Below, in pieces: positions 13,110-26,232 of a DNA stretch of 64,000 nucleotides (positions are counted from its first letter, which is position 1; the number at the start of each line of letters is the position of its first letter). The position numbers were made by a program, and so were the translations under genes. The DNA comes from Vicugna vicugna (taxonomy: Eukaryota): positions 6,724,407-6,788,406 of the forward strand of contig MU058584.1 of assembly GCA_013265495.1 (NCBI GenBank), given 5' to 3'. The notes below the pieces were generated by a model. The model had not been told where the DNA came from and did no database searches. It was given only the letters and a program-made list of their open reading frames with translations.

Positions 13110-15233
13110 AAAGAATAAATCTGACCAAGGAAGTGAAAGACCTATACGTGGAGAACTACAAAACACTGAATAAGAAAATTAAAGATGAGTTAAAGAAATG
13201 GAAATATATCCTATGTTCTTGGATTGGAAGAATTTATATTGTTAAAATGGCCATCCCAAAAGCAATCTACAGATTTAATGTGATCCCTATCAAATTAGCA
13301 AGGACATTTTTCACAGCACTATAACAAAAAGTCCTAAAATTTATATGGAATCACAAAAGACTCAGAATTGCCAAAGCATTACTGAAGAAAAAGAATGAAG
13401 CTGGAAGGAATAAACCCTCCCAGACTTCAGACAATACTACAGAGTTACAGTAATCAAAACAGCATAGTATTGGTACAAAAACAGAATATGGGTCAATGGA
13501 AGAGAATAGAGAGCCCAGAAATAAACCCACAAACTTTTGGTCAATTAATCTTTGACAAAGGAGGCAAGAACATACAATGGAGTAAAGACAGTCTCTTCAG
13601 CAAACAGTGTTGGGAAAACTGGACAGCTGCATGTAAGTCAATGAAATTTAAAAAAACTCCCTCACACCATACACAAAAAATAAACTAAAAATGGCTTAAA
13701 GACTTGAACATAAGACAAGGCACTATAAACCTCTTAGAAGAAAACATAGGCAAAACATTTTCTGACATAAATCTTAGCAGTGTTCTCCTAGGGCAGTCTA
13801 CCCAGGCAATAGAAATAAAAACAAAAATAAACAAATGGGACCTAATTAAACTTATAAGCTTTTGCACAGCAAAGGAAACCATAAGCAAAACAAAATGATA
13901 ACCTACAGAATGGGAGAAAATATTTGCAGATGAGACCAACAAGGGCTTAATCTCCAGAATATATAAACAGCTCATACAATTCAGCAAGAAAAAACAAACA
14001 ACCCAGTCCAAAAATGCGCAGAAGATCTAAACAAGCAATTCTCCAGTGAAGACATACAAATGGCCAATAGGCACATGAAAAAATGCTCAACATTGCTAAT
14101 TATCAGAGAAATGCAAATAAAAACTTCAATAAGATATCACCTCACACCGGTTAGAATGGCCATCATTCAAAAGTCCACAAATGATAAATGCTGGAGAGGG
14201 TGTGGAGAAAAGGGAACCCTCCTACATTGTTGGTAAGAATATAGTTTGGGGCAGACGCTATGGAAAACAGTATGGAGATTCCTCAAAAGACTAAAAACAG
14301 ACTTACCATATGATCCAGCAATCCCACTCCTGGGCATATACCCAGAAGGAACCTTAATTCAAAAAGATACATTCACCTCAATGTTCACAGCAGCACTATT
14401 TACAATAGCCAAGACATGGAAAAAACTTCAATAAGATATCACCTCACACCGGTTAGAATGGCCATCATTCAAAAGTCCACAAATGATAAATGCTGGAGAG
14501 GGTGTGGAGAAAAGGGAACCCTCCTACATTGTTGGTAAGAATATAGTTTGGTGCAGACGCTATGGAAAACAGTATGGAGATTCCTCAAAAGACTAAAAAC
14601 AGACTTACCATATGATCCAGCAATCCCACTCCTGGGCATATACCCAGAAGGAACCTTAATTCAAAAAGATACATTCACCTCAATGTTCACAGCAGCACTA
14701 TTTACAATAGCCAAGACATGGAAACAACCTAAATGTCCATCAGCAGATGACTGGATAGGGAAGTTGTAGTATATTTATACAATGGAATACTACTCAGCCA
14801 TAAAAGTAATGCCATTTGCAGCAACATGGATGGACCTGGAGATTGTCATTCTAAGTGAAGTAAGCCAGAAAGAGAAAGAAAAATACTATATGATATCACT
14901 TATACATGTAATCTAAAAAAGAAAGAGAAATAAACTTATTTACAAAACAGAAACAGACTCACAGACATAAAAAACAAACTTATGGTTATTGGGGGAAAGG
15001 GGGCAGGAAGGGATAAATTGGGAGTTTAAAATTTGTAGATACTAACTAATATATATAAAATAGATAACAAGTTCATACTATATAGCACAGGGAACTATAT
15101 TTAATATCTTGTAGTGGTGAAATAGAATATGAAAACGAATATATACATGTTCATGTATGTCTGAAGTATTGTGCTGTGCACCAGATATTGACACAACACT
15201 GTAAACTGACTATACTTCAATAAATATATATAT
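13110..15233 (+). mobile_element. Young 5'-truncated camelid L1 (ORF2 3' part plus 3' UTR) with TSD and an internal 302-bp tandem duplication
   Basis: ORF2 peptides [53 protein letters not shown] at 13101-13109 and 15234-15242. Confidence 0.92.
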
Positions 15234-16549
15234 AAACTCAGTTTTAAAAAGACAACCAAATTAAAATAATAATAGTAGATTTGAGTCTTCATTTCACTAA
15301 AGAAGCACAAATTGCAAGGACGTACATCAAAATATGGTCAATGTACAGTCATAAAAGAAAAGTAAATTAAAACAACAATAAGATACCACTACAGTCCCAT
15401 TAAAATGTCTAAAATTGAAGATGGACCATACAATGTATTATTAAAGATGTGAAGCAACTGAAACTCTTATACATTTCTAGAGGGAATGTGAAATGATACG
15501 ACAACTTTGGAAAATAATTTGGCAATATCCTAAAAGTCAAACACATCAACTATATGATTCAATCATTCCACAACTTAGTATTTATCTAAGAGAAATGAAA
15601 GCAAATATCCAAACAAAGTCTTGTACACAAATGTTGATAGCACCTTATATTTGCAATAGCCCAAAACTGGAAACAACCCAAATGCCCACCAAAAGGCAAA
15701 TGAAAAAACAGATGACAGTATATACATATGTATTTTGTGGAATAGTATTCATTACTAAAAAGAATCAACTGTTGGTACATGCAACAACATGGATGAATTG
15801 CAAATAATTTTACCAAATGAAGAAATGCCAAACAACAGAAGAATGGTTCCACTTGTATAAAATCAGAAAATACAAACTTGACAGAATGCAGATCAGTGGT
15901 TGCCTTTGAATCATGAGGTGGGTTCAGGCAGCAGATGTGAGCAATTCCAAAAGGACATGAAAAACTTTTGGAGGGAATAAATCTTTTCTTTTTATTGCAG
16001 TAATGTTTTATGGGCATATACATCTATAAGAACTCACCAAATTGTACAATTTAAATATGTTGCATATTGATTATATCTCTATAAAGCTGTTAGCAAACAA
16101 TATCACTTAAAAACTACCTTCTCTGGAATGAAAGACATCTGCAACTAAAGCTTATGTTGAGGGCTTCTCTCTTTACTGCTGTACCACTACCCCAGTCTTT
16201 GCAAAGTGCCTCCAAGTCTGCTCTTCTACTAACAGACTCTCCAACTTAGGAGTAGCTTTTCCATTGCACTGAAATGCCTTTGATGGCCTAACTGTACTTG
16301 ATATTTAGTCAGCTATTAAATTTATCTGTCTCCTTTATTCATATTTCAGACAGACCTCTCTTCAACACTTTACAAACCCTGGGTCAGTATAATCATAATA
16401 TTTTATGTGACTAAACTGTCAGCAGAGGGTTAAATAATCAGAAAGATTCAGATCTCCAGAATTGGGCAGGAAGAGGAAACTGGAAATAGCAATGTCATAG
16501 AAAGAATCAATGATCAAATAAAAGTTTTAAACTCTTTTCCTTAATACAG

Positions 16550-16674
16550 CGGATATTGCAAAAAATAAAACGGCAAAGTATGCTAAGCCTGGAAGTCACT
16601 GCCTCCAGCCTTCTTCCTCTGATACAGAATTCCTACCCAAGATCTTGCAGAGGGACAAAACTACAATTGCTCAG
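16550..16674 (+). CDS. MROH9: MROH9 window exon 6: (A)DIAKNKTAKYAKPGSHCLQPSSSDTEFLPKILQRDKTTIAQ
   Basis: aatacag|CG...CAG|gtaact; 125 nt, phase 1 to 0. Confidence 0.9.
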
Positions 16675-18244
16675 GTAACTTAGCCCCAACTTTATCCTAT
16701 GGCTTTTGTTTCATGTGTTTTGTTACTTTAGTAGCAACTTATTTCAACAAAATTTTTTTTTGATGATTATGTTTTTTTTAACAAAAAAATTTATTTTTTA
16801 ATAATTTTTTTCATTTTATTTAAATTCAGTAAAACAAAGAGTAAAGGATAGAGTATCTGGCTTCCTGATTGTCATCTGTATTAGTAAGAATTACATCTAT
16901 TATTCCTATTATAGCAATTTTTATTATTTTATTTAAGCCTCGTAGAATGCCAATGAGCAGGTGTTTCCTAGTTGTTATGCTTCTTTTCAACTGACTAAGA
17001 AGTCACTGAAGATGGGGGACTTCTGGCTTTCTAGCAAAATTAATGAAATCAACAATGAACACATTTTTCAGTACTATTATAATTTATTCAGCAAACATCA
17101 AAATAATGTGATTTATATTTTGTTTTTAAAAACCTATTACATTTAAAATTGTTTTAAGTTTAAGTGATAAACCTCAGTGTCGAGTAAATAGTTTTTACAC
17201 TGACCCAAGCCTCGGGGAAAACCACAAGGCGCTGTAGCTCTATACACTCCTCACCTCCTCCAGGTATGCAGATTTGTTCATACACCCCCAAGGGACCGGC
17301 ACTGGCGCCCAGTCGTGCTGTCCAATGCCTCCACATGGCAGAAACTTCTGACACTACCTCTAAGGTTCACTAGGAACTGCTTCTTCTACAACTTTTTAAT
17401 ACACACTAAAATAAAACATTCTGCTGAATAAACAAATAACTATTGAAAAGAGAATATTCCCATTTCCAATGATTTTTTTTAATTCAGCATCTTGTATCAT
17501 TAAATCTGGCTTCCTCAAAGCAGGGCAAACTACTTGAGATATTCAGTTCACCTCATCAGGACTTAGTGACGCTCCTCTGACTTTCTGTCACAGCTTTCCA
17601 AAAACACTGTCCCTCATCCCGCCGCCCCGTAGGAGGGAGCCCGGTGGTCACACATTTTCACTGAGACCTCAGTCCTACCCTATTGGCCAGAAAAAGCCTT
17701 GCTCCACCCCTTTAAAGAGGATGCAGAAAAGCTTTTATTGGCAAGATGGAGTGCTTTCTGTACTGGGGAAAATAGCACACACACACAAGAAATTTTGTAT
17801 ACATGTACATATACACAAAAGGATAAAATGCAGTTCATTCTCCCTTCTTAACTGAGAGATCCACATATTATGTTCATATTTTATGGTCCATAGATACTCC
17901 TCTAACTTGAAAAAGAGATTGTTTGAATTGCAGTTGTTGTACCTCAATCATGGACACATGGGCCCTTTTTTCTCTTTCTGCTTCTTGATCCTTCTCTGAA
18001 AAAGAGAAAAGCCCACACCCTTGTGCCGCTCTGGCTTTCTTACCCTATCCCTCCTGCATCTTCTACAAATCGTGCTTCTTTCTGATCTGAAAAAATTCAT
18101 TTCCAAAGCTGAAGAAGTTCACAATAAGTTCTACTATTTAAATAACTGAATTGGGGTAAAATCAATATTTTACAGGTTCCTCTAAATTTTAATAATTTTA
18201 ATTCCATGGTTTCCCACTTCTCCCTGGCTTACCCTCAGACTTAC

Positions 18245-18426
18245 CAGGATGGAAATGTTTTAAATGCTTTAAAAATCAGAAGAAAAAATAAATATAATTC
18301 AGCTTGAATTATAGTCATCATAATAGCAACACAGTTGTAAAATGTTTTTTTTTCAACATTATTTAATGGAGGAAGAGGCCCACAACAGCAAAGGTGTCTA
18401 GGGCCCCCCAAAATCATGTGGCCCTG
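18245..18426 (-). mobile_element. hAT-Tip100-type MITE fragment (ORSL-like)
   Basis: ggcccacaacagcaaaggtgtctagggccc...tggccctg terminus resembles the recalled consensus. Confidence 0.45.
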
Positions 18427-18582
18427 CCTGGCCCTGGAGCCTCCCCCAGGATGTCTGAGCCAGGCTAACCATCCAGTTAGCTTTTGCTCCACCATCCAAT
18501 CTAGAGCAAAAGCAATAGGATTAGGTCTTTCTTCTGTTGATATAGGTAAGGCCTGAGGTCATGGCTCTCCCTCTGGTTTCAG

Positions 18583-18732
18583 AGTGTAGGAAAAACCTTA
18601 TTGCCATCCTTGCTGACTGACTTTGTGTGGACTCTCCTGATGAAACTCTCTGTACCTGACCCTGTAACTGCATCTGAGGCAGCAGCCATACTGAAACTGA
18701 CTCTGGAGTATCATGCACCTAAGGTCACCATG
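18583..18732 (+). CDS. MROH9: MROH9 window exon 7: SVGKTLLPSLLTDFVWTLLMKLSVPDPVTASEAAAILKLTLEYHAPKVTM
   Basis: gtttcag|AGT...ATG|gtaaga; 150 nt. Confidence 0.93.
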
Positions 18733-19054
18733 GTAAGACACTTGACAATGGGCAGAGGAGCACAGGGTTTATTCTCTAATGGATTCTTGATGCCTTTGTT
18801 ATGTATCTACTTCTTTTCATACATATTTTTTTACCATTGTTCATTATGTTACTTTAATCAAATGAGGATTTTTCTGTAAAATAGTTTAAGCACACAGAAA
18901 AGCTTCAAAAATAGTGTAATGAACATTCACCCACCAATACTTGCCTCAAATTTTAAAGACTTTTTTATTATTAACAACAATAAAATAGTGCAGTTATAAC
19001 TGAAATCCCCTGTGTAGCCATTAAGGAAAGTTTTCAAGAACCGTCAGCTTGCTG

Positions 19055-19942
19055 TGGGGCTAACCACGTAATTTGTGGCCCCCAGTGCAAAGTGAAATGT
19101 CAGGCTTCTTATTCAAAACGTTAAGAAAAAAGGACCGTTAAATGTACAAATACATGCGGTTTTTTTCCTTTTCACCATAGTGTGTCTCTCGCTCGCTCGC
19201 TCTTTCTCTTTCTCTTTGTCATGGTGTTTTTATTTTTCTAGGTTAAAAAAAAGCTAAAATTTTAAATGATCAGCATAAATTTTGCCATCCATCTTTATAT
19301 TGTGCAGGGCCAGTTACAGATGCAAGTATAAGAGCACAGAACTCAACAAAATCCTGCAATTCATATTTCATAGCTCAAACACGCATATGCATCTCATTCT
19401 TACCTGAAGAACAGAAACATTACACAAAACTAACTCAGTTGTCTTTATTATACTTACAGTCACTGACATTCTATTAACCTGCTCTATCTTCATCTTATTC
19501 ATGAGTAAAGAAAGATTGAATAGGAAAGGATTTATGGATTGCCCCATCTTTCTCTTTCCTTATGTCATCATTTTCAGCTGAAGTGGTTGAGGCATCAATA
19601 AATGCTTTGATTTTACCTGCTTTGATTTCCTATTGAACTCCTACACATTGTGGGTCCATCAGAATTCTGTATACCTAAGGCAATGTGAATGCTGCCTATG
19701 AATGGGCTCCAAGGACCACAGCTGGCTTGCACATTGCACTTATCTTCTCTGCTCACACACACTCACACACACATGCATGCTCCACTGTCCCACGGGATAC
19801 AAAGCACACAAAATACAAGCTCAAAGCCAAAACATTAAAAATTTCAAGATGGTGACAACAGAGGTTTAAACAAAGTGAGGGACCTTCTGAGTGTGGGACC
19901 TTGTGCAAATACATGGGTCATATGCCCATGAAACCAGCCCTG
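19055..19942 (-). mobile_element. MER45-family hAT-Tip100 DNA transposon
   Basis: Right end is the reverse complement of CAGGGCTGGTTTCATGGGC...; left end ggggctaaccacgtaatttgtggcccccagtgcaaa. Confidence 0.75.
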
Positions 19943-21305
19943 ATGGTGACCTAAGGGCTGAACTCCCAGTTCCCCCTCTTGACATAGCAATGTTCTGTGA
20001 TTGCAGATAAACTGAGTGCTTGCCCTCAAATTCAAAGAGCAGGCAGAGGGGAGTAATGCTTTATACAAATTTCTGTGTGGCTACAGAAAGGAGCATTCCG
20101 AAAGGCAAGCAGAACCAAGGGGAAAGCTGGAGAGCAACGATCATTTCCTTGTCAAAATAAAGCTCTCCTCTCATGTAGTGAGAAAGGGAGGCTAGATAAA
20201 GCCATTCCAAGTCCTGGAGAGGAAGAGGAGCCAAACAGAAAATTGGATGTGTAAAACTAGCCGGCTCTACAATAAAATGATTAAAAACAGGGGGAAAAAC
20301 TGAACAAAAATGGGGTTTGACAAATTATCTCCCCACCCCAGTTCCCACAAACAATTGAACTACTGACTGCAGTGGATTCTTGTCTTAAACAGGGTTAGGT
20401 TCTAAAGTCAATTATAATGAAAAATTGTGTATGATTAAAATTATTCTGAAAATATCCTAAATTGCACATATAGTTTGTGGACTTGCAACCTTCAAATATA
20501 CCTAACACAGTAAGTCTTTCCTTCAGCTGGAAGGAAATCATCATTTCCATAACTTAGCATACAGTACACATAGCTGGTTTGTTGTAGGGGCCTGCTGCAA
20601 TTAAAGGAGGCAGCGGAGGGTGAGAAGAGAAAGCTCTGAACCCAATAGTTAAGAGATCTGTGGGGAAGAACGATTGTTTAATGTCTCCCATTTCATGTCC
20701 ACCCTGGAGCATAAGCAATAGGACAAATGTTCTAGACACTTCATTTTTTCATTTGTTTAGAGTAGAGGATTGTACAAAGATAATTCCATTATGTATGAGG
20801 CAATTGCAATGGAATGTAAATGTACATTAACCAGCTTTTCAGTTTATGATCTTCGAGAAGTATTTTCAAAAAAGGTGAAATGATCTGGGTGGATTACATG
20901 TGACACTGAATATACAACCCCTGATCTGAGAAAATTTTAAGTAAAATTCTAGCTAAAAGTCTCCTTATTCAAAAATGAATAAAAAGAGAAGAAAATAAAA
21001 CTAACATGGGGCCTATAAATAGAATTTGCAAGATTATGACTCAGTTTTCATCGTTCTGGGCCATTCCTCCAACACATAGTTCACACCTTCAATGTATAGA
21101 TTTAAGTCTTCAATTGTCAGAAAGTTTTTGAAGTATATTGTTCCACTGTTATTCTGTTCCATTATTTTGACTTTCTTTTTAAAGGACTCAAATTATACAT
21201 CTTCTTTCTGAATTGAGCTCATACACTTTACATCATGACGTCTACCTTCCCGAAACAAACTTTTAAAAAATGGCTACACTCCCACTATCAGTAAGTGCAT
21301 AGGTT

Positions 21306-22424
21306 GGGAGGTGGGCCAAGATGGCAGAATAGGAAGACCCTGAGCTCATCTCTCTCAGCAGGCACACCAAAATTACAACTATTTACAGAGCAGCGATTGA
21401 TGAGAAAGACCAGAAGAGTAGGAGAAAAGATTTTCTATAACTAAAGATATAAAGATGGAACCACAGTGAGATGGGTAGGAGAGGCAGAGACACTGTATAG
21501 TTAAGACACCTTCATATAGGCGCCCCCACGACCCAGGAGATAATCACAATTTTGGAAGTTCTCCTAGGAGCAAGGAGTCTAAACCCTACATTGGACTACT
21601 CAGCCTGTGGTTCCTGCACCAGGGAGATGAACCCCCAGAACATCTGGCCTTGAAGGTCAGTGGGACTTGCTTTCAGAAGAGCCAGAGGGCTGTAAGAAAC
21701 AAAGACTTCACTCTTAAAGGGTACACACTAAACCTAACCTGCTCCAAGACCCAAGGCATCAGCAGTAATTTGAAAGTAGCCTGGGTCATACCCACTTGTT
21801 GATCTTGGAGAGCCTCTCAGAGAAGCAGAAGGCAACTTGGACTCACCTGGGGACACAGACACTGGTGAGCTACGGGGACAAAATGTAGTGTGGGGAATAC
21901 GTATTGTCAATAATAATGTAATATCTTTGCATGGTAACAGATGGTAACAACTTATCATAGTGATCATTTTGTAATGTACAGAAATACGGAATCGCTATAT
22001 TGTGCACCAGGAACTAACACAGAGTCGTAAGTCAATTATATTGCAAAAACAAACAAACTCACAGAAAAGGAGATCAGATTTGTGGTTACCAGAGGCAGGT
22101 GGTGGGCAGAGGAGAAACTGGATGTAGGTAGTCAGAAGGTACAAATTTCTGAAGATAAGTACTAGGGAGGTAATGTACAACATGACAAGTGTAATTAACG
22201 TAGCTTTATGTTGTATATGAAAGTTGTTGAGAAAGTAAATCCTGAGTTGTCATCACAGGAAAATATTTTTTTCTCTTATTTTGTATCTATATGAGGTGAC
22301 GAATGTTCATTAAACTTACACTGGTAATCATTTCATGATGTATGTAAATCAAATCAGTGTGCTGTACCCCTTAAACTTACACAGTGCTGCACATAAGTTG
22401 TAGCTCAATATAACTGGAAGGAAA
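21306..22424 (+). mobile_element. Internally deleted L1: 5' UTR fused directly to 3' UTR, with degenerate TSD
   Basis: Starts ...ccaagatggcagaataggaagaccctgagctc (L1 5' UTR); junction near 21866; ends ...ctcaatataactggaaggaaaa; TSD aagtgcataggtt (21293-21305) / aaacacataggtt (22425-22437). Confidence 0.8.
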
Positions 22425-22626
22425 AAACACATAGGTTTATTTCTCACTCAAATAAATATTTTCACTGGGTAGTAACACACATAAATATGATTTCCATTGG
22501 TGCCTATCTTTGTGTGAATGCCTTGGTCATTCTGAGAAGGACTGAATTCTTATGTGTAAGAAATGCCTGGGCTTAGAAGTGGCCATGGAACAAGACTCTG
22601 GCTGACCCATGAAATTGCTTTTCCAG

Positions 22627-22781
22627 GTGTCTAAAATTGTGGATGCTATTTATAAGCAACTGCGTGCAAATGCTTCACACACTATGAAGCAAGCCATGTT
22701 GCGGGTCATCACTCTGTTGACACGTACTTCACCAAAGAAGGTCATCTTTCAACTTATGGACTACCCAGTCCCAGCAGACAA
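22627..22781 (+). CDS. MROH9: MROH9 window exon 8: VSKIVDAIYKQLRANASHTMKQAMLRVITLLTRTSPKKVIFQLMDYPVPAD(N)
   Basis: tttccag|GTG...ACAA|gtaagg; 155 nt, phase 0 to 2. Confidence 0.93.
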
Positions 22782-23414
22782 GTAAGGCCCCAGTGGCCCC
22801 TTCCACGGGGTTTAGTCACAGTCTCCAGAGTCAGACAGCCCTATACAAGTCAGATCTGCTTTCTTTTCTTCTGAAAGAGGACATCTGTTTTCACGCCACA
22901 AAGGATAACTGCAAGGCTTAAATAAGAACACGTATATTATTCATATCTTCATAAAATATCTAGCACATAGTAGACCATCAAGCAATGATCACTGTTACTA
23001 TTATTTATCTGAGGCTTTAAATTGTGTTCTGCTGCATATCCCATATACAAAACCTCTCCTCAAAGTAATAATGTTTTTCCCCATATGTGATAAAATTCAC
23101 AGTATTTTTTCTTATCTATGAAGGACAAACATAAGATATTTCCACCTACCAATAAAATAAAGCAACATTTAAAATCCCCAAGTTTAACTGGGAGCCCCCT
23201 GTCCCTTAAATGTTTATCTGAAATTCATGATCCAGGATCACAAGAAATACTTAAGAAGAAAGGATACTAATATGAACTTATGGAACACTATGAATCTAAC
23301 AGGCATGTTAGAGAGCTTAGTAACTCACATCACTCCATTTCTATAGTCTGTACGTTGGAAGGGAAGGTGTTACTTCCCTACTATTAATGGTGTAAAAGGC
23401 AAGAAGTTACATTA

Positions 23415-23625
23415 TAGAAAGGATTCAGGCTTTGGAAACAAACAACGTGAACTGTATCCTAGCCTTGACCCTTACATCCTGTGTGACATCTCACAAGTTT
23501 CATAAAATCCTCGATGCTCAATTTCCTCATCTATGAAATGAGGAAAATTTTCTTTTATCTATAAAGCTGTTACATGAATTAAATTAATGTCTGTGAAAGG
23601 GCAATGAAATCAACAAAATGCTAAA
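23415..23625 (+). mobile_element. MIR SINE
   Basis: ctcaatttcctcatctatgaaatgagga core. Confidence 0.7.
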
Positions 23626-24921
23626 CCAGTTATATGACTGACACTTTATATGAAAAAGAAAAGTTTCTCAACTGAAAGACTGCATTTTCTAGGAAGCTTA
23701 AACTCACAAAGTATTTTACTACTTAGAAAACTCCTGGAAACTAAAAATCTTCATAAGACTCAGTGTTTTCTCATTCAGGAAATAAATACCCTCTGTGTGT
23801 AAAGGATTACCAGTCTCCAAGTATTTTGTTGAGATATAAGATAAAAGCTGCCAATGAATCCAGTACAAGCAGTATGTAATGAGGAGGTACAGAAAGCAAG
23901 CATGATTAGAACTGGGTGAACTCAATATGAAATAGTTACCAGCAGGTCTTGTGCAATAGTAAGTGAGGATTGAGGTAGAAAAGACTGGGATATGTAGGGA
24001 AGCTTAAAGAGAGAAGGAGAAAGATCTGATCAGCCGGAAGGTATGATTAAGAGGTTAAGGGAATGAGACAGGGCATGTGAGATTTGATGTCCATGTGGTT
24101 CTAAGTATGGTTCTATGAATAAGCCCTGCAAGCAGGAGCAGTTGAGTAACTGTTCTAAAGAGCTGGGTATGTCCATGTGACGGGGGACCAGGCCCCCATA
24201 TTAGAACCTAAATGCAGACAGACAAGCAACAGGGTTCAGAATCCAGCATGGATTGACATGGTGTCAAGAATATACCAGCGTACAGGTGTGTAGCAGTTTT
24301 TAAGATAAGCAACAGAAAGAATAATTTTGAAGAGTGGCAGGTACATAAGGAAAGGAGCTAGGAAACTGGAGATTGAGAAGCCAGGGTTCTCATCACAACT
24401 CTGCCATTAATTAAACGTGTGACATCTGGAAAAATGGCTTAGTTTTTAATTTTCTAATTTTAAGTTACGTAGTTTTTTATTCAGTTAGGCTTTTACCAAT
24501 TTATTTTTTAATTTATATATTTATTTACATATTAATTTATATTTCCATGCCACTTTTAAAATATTCTATTATCCCTGGACAAACAAGGTAACAAGGTGGG
24601 AGGAAAGAGTATGGGGTACAGAAAGCTGATCAGTTCTTGACATTGAGCTAAACAGGTATTTTAAAAGTAGTAGGAAATGAACCTGCAGGCTTACAAACTG
24701 TATTTTCCATAAGATCTTACCAAAATTCTTCCACTGTTTTCAAGGGCCAGAAACTTAATTGGATCATTTGCAAATGGGAATATCAGTTTGTTTTGGACTT
24801 ATCTGCAGTGTCTTTGCTATATAAGGGTGTAAAACCAAGACTGCCTGACTCATGTCACAAGGTTGGGTAGGAAACGAAAAACTAATGATTCTCATGTTCG
24901 GGGTGGGGGCTGTATTCGCAG

Positions 24922-25087
24922 CACTTTGATACTGATGTGGCATGCAGCCGGTTCTGAGTCAAGTGTGGCCCCTCACGTACTGAAGACAATCTTGCTGATA
25001 CTGAAAGGAAAGCCTGGGGAAATGCAGGAGAGAAAAAAGGAAAGAAAACGTTTCTCTCTCGACATTACTAACATGATGCCTGTGGCG
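24922..25087 (+). CDS. MROH9: MROH9 window exon 9: TLILMWHAAGSESSVAPHVLKTILLILKGKPGEMQERKKERKRFSLDITNMMPVA
   Basis: ttcgcag|C...GCG|gtaaat; 166 nt, phase 2 to 0. Confidence 0.92.
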
Positions 25088-25194
25088 GTAAATAATCCAA
25101 TGAGTGTTTCCTTTTTCTCATATTGTTTTCTTAATCATGAAAATCCCTACCTGCCCACAGACACAGTTATGCTTCCTTGGCACAGTCTGGCTCT

Positions 25195-25655
25195 CATTCA
25201 TTCATTCATTCAACACATATTTATTGAATGCCTGCTATGAGCCACATTTCGATCATGAAGCTTATATTCTGTTAAGAGACACAGACAATGAACCAAAAAA
25301 AGGTGTCATATGTCAGATGATATAAAGCTCAGAAGAGATATAAAGTGGTGTGGGGGAATGAAAGTGACGGGGAGAGTTTAGGTAAATTGGTCAGAGCCGA
25401 TCTCTGCTGCAGTGACATCTAATCAGAGACCTGAATGAGGTGCGGGAGTGATCCTTGCAGATATCTGGGCAAGAGAGTTGTAGACAGAGGGAAGGGCAAC
25501 AGCCATGCAGTGATGGGAGCCTGCCTAGTATGTCAGTGAATGCAAGGAGACCAAAACATGGGAAGAGAACTGAGCAAGGGTGAAAGTATAGGAGATCATA
25601 CAGGAGAGGTCGCTACCAGTCGGATCACACAGACTTCACAGGCATGTGAAGACCT
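25195..25655 (-). mobile_element. L2 LINE 3' fragment
   Basis: cattcattcattcattcaacacatatttattgaatgcc is the reverse L2 tail; L2 body motifs follow (gacctgaatgagg). Confidence 0.75.
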
Positions 25656-26232
25656 GATCTCATTTGTGTCCATCATTATATATCTCCCAAGAGCCAAAAT
25701 CGCCACTCCTGGAGTAAATTCAAGTCTCAGAGAAATATAAAAGAAAAAAGTGGATAATGCTGTACAAATGTGAACTGGTGGGATGTAATGTGTTTCTCTG
25801 ACATAGTGCGTACTGCAGTGGTCAGTGGGCCAAACAATGTCAGTGACCTGGCCTGCCCCTCCTTAAATATCTCACTGCCCTGGACTGCTGAAGCATGGGG
25901 AGGACCTGGGTATTGGTAATACTATTCTTTGTGGCCTCATATGAAGGGAGCCTTGGGTGGTGTGCCCTCCTTGGGAATCAGTCATTTGGCAGCCAGGGCT
26001 GTAGATTGTGCTCTGGGAGCCAATTGCCATAGAATGCTTGGTACAGCTCCTGTTTCAAAATGGACTTAGTAACTGTTGCTGAATGAATGAATGCACCTGC
26101 ATACTTCAGGCTTCCTTCAAGGAGGTTGGGAGAGAGGTTGCAGAGTCCCTCCCTTCCCACCCTTCTCACTAATGCCGACTGTGTTTAAAGGGAAATGGTT
26201 GCATTCTTGACTCCTTTTTCCTTCCCTTCCAG

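Larger units (their letters stand above)
10420..16095 (+). mobile_element. Ancient, heavily deleted L1 (L1M-type: 5' region, ORF2 fragments, 3' UTR) hosting two younger L1 insertions
   Basis: Host segments about 10420-11564, 12189-13109 and 15234-16095 are collinear L1 fragments (e.g. gatcatttcagtagatacagaaaaagcacttgacaaaat; 3' end tatatctctataaagctgtt). Confidence 0.75.

Noticed and set aside
14119..14722. CRISPR-like or prokaryotic repeat system
   Set aside because: The window is mammalian; the repeats are L1 duplications, microsatellites and TSDs with no repeat-spacer architecture.
13133..14769. L1 ORF2 ORFs as an active element or host gene
   Set aside because: 5'-truncated and broken by frameshifts and stops; the same applies to 61600-63770.
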